DNA of 64,000 nt, from assembly GCA_963729045.1 (NCBI GenBank), contig CAVSMN010000011.1, forward strand, positions 140,390 to 204,389. Direction: 5' to 3'. Every line of letters begins with the position of its first letter. Position 1 is the stretch's first letter. A model generated the notes under the pieces. The model was not told the DNA's origin and did no database searches. It was given only the letters and a program-made list of their open reading frames with translations. The position numbers and the translations under genes were made by a program. Below are positions 43,510-53,631 of this stretch, in pieces. This stretch comes from an uncultured Nitrososphaeraceae archaeon (lineage in GTDB: Archaea > Thermoproteota > Nitrososphaeria > Nitrososphaerales > Nitrososphaeraceae).

Positions 43510-44574
43510 TCATGGAATTAATACCCCTCTTCCAATTATCTGACCCTCTTTCAATAATTTTATAGCTTCATTAACATCATCCAGTTTAAATTTGGTTATA
43601 TTATTCCTAATTTTACCCTCATTTAATAATTCGATTACCTCTCTTAATTCATTATAATTGCCCCACAAGGATCCAAATATTTTAAATTCATTTAATACAG
43701 TCATTGCTATTGGAATTTTAGCTGCTGTTCCAAACAGACCCACTATTACTACCGAACCTCCTTTTGCTAATATACTGATAGAGTCATAAAATGTCTTGTC
43801 TGTCCCTACGCAATCAATGATGACGTCTAGCATCTTGTTTCCTGTTTCGGCCTTAATTCTGTCAACTAAATTATCAGTGGAATGTAGATTGACTAAATGA
43901 TCCGCGCCGCATTTGCTTGCTAATTCTAACTTATTGTCAGATCTATCCATGGCAAATACTTTAGACCCACCTCCCAAGATTTTTGCATATTGTACCGCAT
44001 ATGAGCCTAAACCACCTATTCCAATTATCCCAATATTTTTTCCTGGTCCAAGCATGTTCTTCACCTTTTTGATTGCTCTGTAGGGTGTCAAACCTGCATC
44101 AGTCAATGGTGCTAAATTCTCAGGTTTAGTTCCCGAAGCACGAACATTCACTAAGAATCTGTATGAAGGAACTAAGACATATTCAGAAAATCCCCCGTCA
44201 AAAGACGATAACCCGGGCCATTTAGCAAAAGCACAAAGTTGTTCATCTCCTGACTTGCAATGTATACACCAACCACAACCCCAGCCCCCAAAAACTGCAA
44301 CTAGGTCACCAGGTTTCATGATATTTTCCGGTACTGATTTACCAACATCTTCAATCCATCCCGCTATCTCGTGTCCTGGTGTCTTTGGTAGATTTAATGG
44401 GATAATATCTTTCCATTCGCCACTAATAAGATGAAGGTCGCTATGGCATAATCCTGAAGCTCCTACCTTTACGAGCACTTCTTCGTCACCTCTTATGACG
44501 GGTTTGGAAATATTATCCAATTCTAAATGTTTGTTATACTCGTGAATTCTAGCTGATCTAATATATCCATCCAT
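43510..44574 (-). CDS. Zn-dependent NAD(P) alcohol dehydrogenase
   Basis: LCHSD, PGHE, structural Zn CGWCIHCKSGDEQLC, PLTDAGLTPY and GIGGLG. Confidence 0.93.
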   Translation of the reverse strand: MDGYIRSARIHEYNKHLELDNISKPVIRGDEEVLVKVGASGLCHSDLHLISGEWKDIIPLNLPKTPGHEIAGWIEDVGKSVPENIMKPGDLVAVFGGWGCGWCIHCKSGDEQLCAFAKWPGLSSFDGGFSEYVLVPSYRFLVNVRASGTKPENLAPLTDAGLTPYRAIKKVKNMLGPGKNIGIIGIGGLGSYAVQYAKILGGGSKVFAMDRSDNKLELASKCGADHLVNLHSTDNLVDRIKAETGNKMLDVIIDCVGTDKTFYDSISILAKGGSVVIVGLFGTAAKIPIAMTVLNEFKIFGSLWGNYNELREVIELLNEGKIRNNITKFKLDDVNEAIKLLKEGQIIGRGVLIP

Positions 44575-44736
44575 TCATATCCTTTATATTCAGCATAGAA
44601 AAATCTTGTTAAAATAAAAGTCAGTATTATCAAGTTGACTAGTTGCTAACGATCCCATTATGATGGTGTCAAATAATAGTTAAATTAGTCAAGTTAGGGC
44701 CAGCAATTTTATATAGATCAATCTTTTCAGGATTAT

Positions 44737-45237
44737 ATGAGTCTCGACTCTATCGGAATCACAAATTTAATGAATAAAAATATTATAGTTGCTGAACAGA
44801 ATATGAATTTAATCGGCGTATCGAGAATAATGTCTAATAACAATATTGGCTGTGTGGTCATTGTAGACAATCTAGAAACCCGAAAGCCTCTTGGAATTAT
44901 TACCGAAAGAGATATCATTAGAACAATTGGTATGTTACAACCACATCAGATGGTAGTCCCTGTAAGAGAACATATGAGCCATCCTTTAATCACACTTTCA
45001 TCAAACGCAACCGTTTCAGATGCTATGAAATTGATGTATGAAAGAAAAATAAGGAGAGTTATCATTTTAGAGAAGGATAAATTGGCCGGAATTTTAACTG
45101 ATAAAGATATCTTTAGATATTTGGTTGAAAACAAAGACTTGCTCTCTACTGTTATAGCAAGCAATCTTCCAATCCCAGAGAAACAAATGAAAGATGAAAT
45201 TTCACATTTTTGGTTTATTAATACTTTTATTGAATAA
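44737..45237 (+). CDS. CBS-pair protein
   Basis: GIITERDII and GILTDKDIF. Confidence 0.9.
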   Translation: MSLDSIGITNLMNKNIIVAEQNMNLIGVSRIMSNNNIGCVVIVDNLETRKPLGIITERDIIRTIGMLQPHQMVVPVREHMSHPLITLSSNATVSDAMKLMYERKIRRVIILEKDKLAGILTDKDIFRYLVENKDLLSTVIASNLPIPEKQMKDEISHFWFINTFIE

Positions 45238-45352
45238 ATAGTGATTAATTGAAGAGAATTAATGAAATAACTCTATTGAAATGATTTATAAAAAGTCAAC
45301 CCCCATAATTCATCAATCTTTAAATGGTTTTCAATGCAATGTAATTTAGGTA

Positions 45353-46885
45353 ATGAATCCTTTTTTTACATACTTTGATACACTAACAAACGCCTTTGAT
45401 GCATATACATCAGGTACCAAAATACTGTCAAAATATAATCAAGCATACATCGAGAGTTATTTCAATGTTTTAGCAGATTACCAGAAACAGGCTACCGAAT
45501 ACAAAAATTTTAGAGTTTTTAATAATCTAAGGTACTTGTTACCAACAGAAGAATCATACGGTGAATGGTTAAAAAACACCGATACAAAGTTAAATGATTT
45601 GTTAAAATCAGAAGAATTTTCATCTTCATTATCAAAGTATGTAAACTCCCATCTAGAATTACATCGGTTATTGAAAGCTCAGGGATATCCTATCCAACAC
45701 TTTGAAGATATTTATGAATACATTACAAACAATTGGAACTCATATTATACTAGTAGAAAAGAAAAGGCAATCTCAGAGTTTAAAATATTATATAAAAAAG
45801 ACAATGTAAGACTAATCCGCTTTATAGCCGACTATGATAAGTCTACTGCTAACAATGGCAAAAATCCGCTTTTAATAATTTATGCTCCAATAAATCAATT
45901 TCACATTATGGATATTAATCCTAATAGAAGTGTTGTTAAATCGCTTTTATCCAAAGGAATAGACGTCTACCTGCTTGATTGGGGTTATCCCACCTCAAAA
46001 TATGATAGGCTTTCATTATATGATTACGTAACGTATGTAAGAGACGCGGTACAATTCATTCAAAAACAATCCTCTACATTCATCTCTGTAGATATGCAAG
46101 AAGAAATAAAGGACAAGAATACGAATCAAATGAACTTAGAAATAAAAAATACGAAAAAAAATGATTTGATTGATAAATCTGGTTCAGATACTAGCAGTAG
46201 CAGTAACAGAGTTAATCAAAATTCTACCTATCCCGAGCAGAAAATATCAATCCTGGGATATTGTTGGGGAGGAATTATAGCATTATGTTATGCTTCTTTG
46301 CATAATAATGATATAAGAAATTTAACACTTCTAGCGGTCCCTGTTGATTCGAGCAAAGATCAAACTATTCTCTCAACTTGGGCTAAGAACCTTAATGCGG
46401 ACAAAATAATTGATGAGTTTGGTCATTTAAATGGGCAAGTTCTAGATATAGGATTCATGATGCGTAATCCTATGAGATATACGATAGATAAATATCTTAC
46501 AATGGCTAAAAAATACAACGATAAAGAATTCATGGATATATTCAGATCTGTTGAAGAATGGCTTTATAACACGCCAAACATTCCAGGAAAACTTTTTAAG
46601 GATATCATAAATGAGTGCTACAAGAATAACTCACTTGTGAAAAATAACATGCGAGTAAATAATGAAATTATTAACCTCAAGAAAATAAATGTCCCAATCC
46701 AAACAATTGTAGCTGAAAATGATGATCTTGTGTCTCCAGAGTCAACAATGGAAATCGAGAATTGTGTCTCCAGTAACACAAAAAAAATGATTAAATTTAA
46801 GGGTGGTCATGTTGGATTATGTGTAAGCGGATCTGCGCACAGTCAATTGTGGCCAGAAGTTGCCGATTGGATTTTAATAAACTGA
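45353..46885 (+). CDS. phaC: Class III polyhydroxyalkanoate synthase PhaC with a PhaE-like N-terminal extension
   Basis: PLLIIYAPIN..HIMDI, VYLLDWG, lipase box GYCWGG, catalytic Asp (AENDDLV) and His (GGHVG), LWPEVADW. Confidence 0.85.
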   Translation: MNPFFTYFDTLTNAFDAYTSGTKILSKYNQAYIESYFNVLADYQKQATEYKNFRVFNNLRYLLPTEESYGEWLKNTDTKLNDLLKSEEFSSSLSKYVNSHLELHRLLKAQGYPIQHFEDIYEYITNNWNSYYTSRKEKAISEFKILYKKDNVRLIRFIADYDKSTANNGKNPLLIIYAPINQFHIMDINPNRSVVKSLLSKGIDVYLLDWGYPTSKYDRLSLYDYVTYVRDAVQFIQKQSSTFISVDMQEEIKDKNTNQMNLEIKNTKKNDLIDKSGSDTSSSSNRVNQNSTYPEQKISILGYCWGGIIALCYASLHNNDIRNLTLLAVPVDSSKDQTILSTWAKNLNADKIIDEFGHLNGQVLDIGFMMRNPMRYTIDKYLTMAKKYNDKEFMDIFRSVEEWLYNTPNIPGKLFKDIINECYKNNSLVKNNMRVNNEIINLKKINVPIQTIVAENDDLVSPESTMEIENCVSSNTKKMIKFKGGHVGLCVSGSAHSQLWPEVADWILIN

Positions 46886-47338
46886 TCATATCGATTAACC
46901 GAAGCCGATATATTATCTAAGAACATCAATCCGACACTTAGTAAAGTTAGTATAGTCTTTATTTCTTTATTAGTTCTAAATCAATTAACGAGTTGATACA
47001 TTAGTATGTCCCATCCTTAATGTACCCTATTCAAAATTCAAATGTTATATCTTATTGATTGTATTAATTCTTATCATAGAACTATTCCCCCATGTTATTT
47101 ATTTTGAGCCATATGGCGTGTAATCTTTAAGCCTGACATTTGTCAACAGAATCTGTCTTTATTTAATAATGTAATTGACTATAGAGGGCCGGACAGGCTT
47201 CTTTAGATAAATAAGTTTGGAAATACAATGAACCGATTTTTATGGCTTTATCTTTGTGAAGAATTTCTGATCAATCAATTTTCATCTACATCCTTAACTT
47301 TTTAGTTAATTTTAATATTGGTATCTTCTTTATCATAC

Positions 47339-48031
47339 ATGCATACCTTATTCCGAGACCGCGTAGATGCTGGACATCAACTTGCCACAAGGATAAGATG
47401 GTATCTAAATGAAGAACTAACAAATATTACCGCTTCAAAAAATGAACTGATGGTGTTGGCGATACCACGAGGAGGTATTATTCTTGCAAATATTATAGCG
47501 TCTTATCTTGAATGTGAACTGGATATATTAGTTCTCAAGAAAAATTAGGTACGAATTAAACGAAGAATTGGCAATAGGGGCTGTGATGCCTGATGGATCT
47601 TTCTTTATAAGCGATAAAAATAACTTAGAGTCCTTCCCATCTCTCAAAAGTACTTGGAGCAGGAAATTGAGATCCAAAAGAAGGAAATTACACGTCGATT
47701 AATTGAGTTTAGAGGGACTACTTCTTATGCCAATAAATTAAATGACAAAATTGTGATATTAGTAGATGATGGAATAGCAACAGGAGCTACCATTGTCGCA
47801 GCTGCACAATGGCTTAAAAATAATCATTTTTATAAGAAATTTGTTATTGCAGTTACAGTTGCCCCTGCAGGATCTGAAGTTATTAGAGACTAAGCACTAT
47901 CGCTGATAAAGTAATTATATTATATTCTTCAGAAGAATTTAGTGCGGTAGGGCAATTTTATAGACATCTTTAATCAGGTTAGTGACATAGAAGTAAAAGA
48001 GATAATGAGAACATATCACTATAATATTTGA
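47339..48031 (+). CDS. Phosphoribosyltransferase (Rv0571c/Rv2030c-N-like; several frameshifts)
   Basis: FRDRVDAG, LAIPRGG, EELAIGAV, ILVDDGIATGAT and AVGQFY..F.QVSD.EV. Confidence 0.8.
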
Positions 48032-48852
48032 TTTACCGGGGTTTAAAGTCATAGGGTGCTTATAGGACGTTTACAGATTATGGTAAAAACAAATTCTCAA
48101 GTCCATAATCACTTATTTTTTTAAGCAAAACCCTTTTTAAATGACATAAGTAGGTTTAGATATCTAGATTTAAATGGACCGCATACATATCAATTAGGTT
48201 CGAAATGTAGTTCGGTCTTATATCATGATCATTATTTGAGCAATTTTTTTTACTCATCAATTTGTTATCGATCGAATCAGATAGATTGACAAGTTAGTTA
48301 TTTGCATGAAATGACTTTGACTAAAAAGTATAATTAAAGGGAAGTTGATTTGATTCGTATGATTGAGAGCTACGGGAACAACATCAATTCTAATAAATTT
48401 TATCTCTCTACACTGCAGAAAAATCAAAAATGCATCATTATGTGAGGATCATGATAGAGCGTATGATATCTCTGATAAACTATGACAATAAAATAAATAG
48501 GACATACTGATGATGAAAATCTTCTAAAATTATAAGCTTTCTCTGCAAGAAATATCCGGCAAAATCGAATCTAAATCTAAAGAACCTGCACAGAAAGATG
48601 GAGTAACATTGACTGACTAATTAAAAGACTAATTGTCATATATCAAGCATCTACTGTATTTTGTATTTAAGATTATTGTGAATAAGATATAGTCGTTACA
48701 TTTCTATTTGACATCTTGCTCTTTAGATTTGGATTTTGATGGTATTGACAGACTATTTATGAAATGATTTTACCAAAATAGCAACCTTTCCAGATTCTTG
48801 CTATCCTTATAAATCGAGATCTCGGTTAATAATAACTGCGTGAATTACATAA

Positions 48853-50219
48853 GTGAATTTATACTATGATCTACAAGACGACTCTAAAGACATAGATATT
48901 CTATTAGACAGAATTGGTGAGGCTGAATATGTTTTATTGGGGGAAGCCTCTCATGGGACCTCTGAATTTTATAGATGGCGCACAGAATTATCAAAACGCT
49001 TGATAGCCGATAAGGGTTTCTCATTTATTTCGGTAGAGGGGGATTGGCCGGATTGCTATAAAGTAAATAAATATGTAAAAGGTAATACTAAATCTTACAA
49101 AACTGCAAATGAAGTTCTTCATTCTTTTAACAGATGGCCCACATGGATGTGGGCCAATAAGGAAATGATAGAGTTAGTTGAATGGATGAAGAACTTTAAT
49201 GAAAGCATTATTGATAACACAGATAGTAAAGTCGGTTTTTACGGATTGGATCTTTATAGTTTATGGGAATCGATGGAAGAAATAATATGTTATCTAAAAA
49301 AAGTCAGATCCTTCTATCTTACAAGATGCTATAAGGGCCTACAACTGTTTTGAACCGTATAACAAAGAAGTACAAGCGTATGCACAAGCGACAGCATTTG
49401 TTCCGAAGAATTGTGAAAAGGAAGTTATCGAATTGCTTGTCTCCTTAAGAAATAAGCAAACCGTTATATAGTAACAAACAAGAGAATGAAGAGGATTACT
49501 TTAACGCAGAACAAAATGCAATTACAGTAAAGGATGCCGAAAATTACTATCGAACAATGATAAAAGGGGATGTAAATTCGTGGAATTTAAGAGATATTCA
49601 CATGGTGAATACTTTAGAACGCTTAATTAGTTTTTATAGTAACAGAAACCATGTCAAAAGCCCAAAGGCTATAGTATGGGCCCACAATACCCATATTGGA
49701 GATGCCAGGTTCACGGATATGGCACCCTCCGGTATGATAAATATTGGACAATTAGTAAGAGAAAGAAAAGGCATACAAAAAACAGTCTTGATCGGATTTA
49801 GTACTTATGAAGGCACAGTTATTGCAGCAAATGAATGGGGCGGAAAAATGGAAATAATGAATGTACCTCAAGCAAAGGAAGGAAGTTGGGATCATATATT
49901 ACACAATCTTACTAGCAATTCCAAAAAGGATAGGAAAAACAAATTAATTATTTTTGAGAGAAATAAAGAAATCATAACTATTTTAGAATCTAACAAAGTG
50001 AATTACATTTACGATGAAAATTATGAAAATAGAGGTCAGAGAGCCATAGGAGTTGTCTATAATCCCAAATACGAAAAATATGGTAATTATGTACCCACTA
50101 TACTACCTCTGAGATATGATGTATTGTTATTCGTTGATAGTACTAATGCCCTTTATCCATTACATTTAAAACAAGTTGAGGATAAAGATCTTCCCGATAC
50201 TTTTCCCAGAGGCGAATAG
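48853..50219 (+). CDS. Erythromycin esterase family protein (two frameshifts, near 49303 and 49465)
   Basis: LLGEASHGTSEFY, EGDWPD, RWPTWMWAN, GLDLYSL, SWNLRD.HM, WAHNTHIGDAR and RAIGVVY. Confidence 0.88.
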
Positions 50220-50595
50220 TTTATCTAGGGATTTACTGTGTATCAGGATAAATACTAAAAAAGGGTTCAGCCCATTAGCAAAGATCAATCACAGCACTCA
50301 TTTGAAATTATTTGCCTCTTATAATGTTATGATAATTCTAATTGGTAACTATGCTATCCAGTATGGTCACATATGTGAAATTGCAAATATTGCGTACTGT
50401 AGATATTAATGAGTCATTACTATATATGAAGCACATATATAAAAATATATTTGAATGTTCGAATTCAAAATTTCAGAGTTAATATTTCAGAAAGGTAACC
50501 CTGAAGATATTGCTCAAATATCGCAAATTTGACTATTTTATTAGTCTCGGTAATATGTAAAATCTATTTAAATAACTTCCTATAACAAATACTAA

Positions 50596-51187
50596 ATGTC
50601 ATCTTCGACATCTGATATATCGAAAGATAAATCAAAAGATAAATCTTATAAAGACGACACCGGCCTGAAAAGTCAACCTGAGAATACAATAAATACACCT
50701 AATACATCATATCCGAACCTGTATGATGATTTTTTTGAAACCTATTGGCAAAATATGCAAAATATTATGGGACAAGTTATGGCCGTCATCGATGCTTCCT
50801 TCTATGAGAACAATGACACCATTTGAGTTATTTGATAAAGTGACAGATACAAGACTACCATTATGCGATGTTATTGACAGAGGAGATAAATATGAAATAA
50901 ACTTAGAAGTACCAGGTATTAACAAGGAAAAAATTGATGTAAAGGCAACAAAGAATTCGATTAGTGTTTCAGGATCTCAAACAGAAAAAACCAAAGAAAA
51001 AGGTAAAAAATATGTTTATAGCGAAAGGTCATACAAAGCATTTCATAGACAGATACCATTTGTAGACGAAATTATTCCTTCTCAAATCAGTGCAAAAGTA
51101 ATGGATGGTGTACTAGAGATTAATGCACCAAAGAAAAATCCCACTAAAGTAGATGGAAATGAGGAATTTAAAGTCGATATAAGCTAA
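50596..51187 (+). CDS. Small heat-shock protein Hsp20 (frameshift near 50780)
   Basis: EVPGINKEKIDV, ERSY..FHRQI and AKVMDGVLEINAPK. Confidence 0.85.
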
Positions 51188-51539
51188 AATATATCTCAAT
51201 TTGAAGTTGATTATTGAAAAAAAACAAAATTAAGATTATAATACATACTTTGACATCTCAAACATCATGATTTTACTTGTTCGACGCTGGTATTCAAAAT
51301 TTACATGTAAGGGATTTCAATGTTTTGAAATAATATCTCAACCAATTAAAGATTAAGACGTAGAGTTTTTTTCTACTCAAATATTTCCCATATGTGGGGA
51401 GTAATCAGATTATGAACGAATGAAATCCAAAGGCTTTGTTTATTGTTGATTACAACATTGAATTTTGGACTAGAATTTGTCAGTATTATAGGAATAATTG
51501 TATAGATTTGAATCATAAATTGTAAACAATCTTCATGAG

Positions 51540-52110
51540 ATGATGACTCCCACCATACATTGTGCAGATAAATTTATTATGGATCGTGGTGACTCCGTAT
51601 CCTGTACATTGGAAATCCGAAGAATTTTGGTTCCCTATGACGGTTCAGAGTATTCTGAGAATGCATTAGACTATGCGATATACTTGGCAAATACACTTTT
51701 TAAAAGTAATCCCAAAAGACAGAGTATTCGGATAATAATACTTCATGTGATCCAAGGCTTGCCACTTACTAAACCGATTTTAGAAAAAATAGCCTCTTTG
51801 AATGAAGTCAAAAAGCCATCATTAAATAGATGTATATACGAGTATATACGAAGAAATTAGGACATTGATGGAAGAGGATATCAATAAGAAAAAGGAAAAA
51901 TATAGACGCATGGAAGGTATTCGGATTGAATCGGTCATTCTCCATGGTGATCCCTCTAATGAGATTATACAATATGTCAATAATAATATGATTGATATGA
52001 TAATTATTGGAAGTAATGGATTACAAGGATTAGCAAAGATCAAAAGTCTAGGAAGTGTATCTAGAAAGGTATCAGAATCGGTGCAATGTCCCATCGTATT
52101 AATAAGATGA
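51540..52110 (+). CDS. Universal stress protein (frameshift near 51850)
   Basis: RILVPYDGSEYSENALDYA; GDPSNEI...IIGSNG...LGSVSRKV...CPIVLIR. Confidence 0.85.
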
Positions 52111-52349
52111 AGGTTTCAACATCTTTCAGGATCTGTTATTAAAGGACATTAATCACGAGATGCCAGTAAAAAATTTTAACTAATTTTATTAGAAACATAT
52201 AATAAAGTACAAAGTAGGACTTGAGCACAAAACTAGTGTATATTAGCGTAAGTAATTATCAAGTATAGGAATGGCGAGCTCAACATGACTTCATATCTAT
52301 TATCTTGATAGTTAAATAAAGTGTTATTAAGAATCAATCACCTACATAA

Positions 52350-52968
52350 TTACTTAATATATCCTACAATAAAAGACGCAATCAGCTGCAATTCCACCTA
52401 TCATTAAAGTGTGAAGGTCAGATTTTGATGAGATTTACGAGCTATTTTACCCATGATCATACCTATTGCAAAAAAAGAAAATCCAGTGAAAACAGATGAA
52501 TAGACAAAAATGTTTCAAGGCATTTTAGATGTAGAAAAATTTGAAATAATACAAAGATGAAAGGAATAAGAGGCATTATCCCGATCAAATTGAAAACAAC
52601 AAAGGTTGTAATCCCTTTTGATAGTAATATTTCATTCTTTAAATCTTCAGAGCCTATTTTTTCCTTTATCAAGACTTCCATCCAAATCTTTCTTATTGAT
52701 GCGATTACACTTATGACACCCTCAAGTAATTCAGTGTTGAATCCCTTTTCAGAATATCTCTAATTTCTTTTTTCTTCTCTTTCTCTTTTTCTTTCAATAT
52801 ATTCAATTTTTGATTTTGCAGATAGATAATTACCCACCGCCATTACAAACCCTAAGATCAATACAATGGATGGAGAAGACTGATGTCCCGACCATTCCGT
52901 AACTACTGCAAAAGTTGTAACCGATTCATCTATAGATCCATATACAAATCTTTCAATGGATCAATTCA
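52350..52968 (-). pseudogene. Decayed VIT1/CCC1 paralog
   Basis: [24 protein letters not shown] and TFVVFNLIGIMPLIPF match the 41965 gene, but there is an early stop, a deletion of the ANLFADG segment and frameshifts. Confidence 0.75.
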
Positions 52969-53089
52969 TTGTTATTTCATCTGGAATACTATACTGGGCA
53001 TTACCAATTTTATATGAATTAATTCCCACAGACTTGCCTATTTTATTTTTATTTTTGAGTGGTAATTTTATTCGACTTTGAGTACTGAT

Positions 53090-53500
53090 ACCTGCATCGT
53101 CTTTTAATATTTAGTTCCCCACTTGTGACAAAACAGCGAGTCATCAGGATACATGTATCCACATTCAGAACATGATTTGCGTTCATCATAAATTTTTTTA
53201 TGTAGTAATCTTAATTCATTTATTAATTGTACTCAAAGATAATTGGAAATCTTCGATATTGTATCCATGACTATTAAAACTTCCCTCAAATATTCCTATT
53301 TCATAGTGATAAGGTGTAGAATTTAGATAATTAGTCATTATTTGCAATAAGTTTTGAATTGTATAACAATGTCAAAAAATTCGGACTGTCTTCAAATGTT
53401 TTCCCATTAATAGCATTTACCTTTAGAGGAGTTTCTTTAATAAATCCATAAAATGATGAATTTTTATAACCAACTTGATTTGGAGAATATCAACAGTAGT
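53090..53500 (-). pseudogene. Possible decayed gene ending in a zinc ribbon
   Basis: The minus strand near 53125-53185 reads KSCSECGYMYPDDSLFCHK; upstream frames are broken by stops. Confidence 0.35.
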
Positions 53501-53631
53501 TGGCTGTAGCTACCCTAATTAGGTAATAATACCATAAGTTGATCTAAAATTATGTTGTAAAATTGTCATATGTGAATGTTTGGGACTTGAGTTAGTTGCA
53601 TCCAAGGGGATAAAACATCTTGAAACATTCT

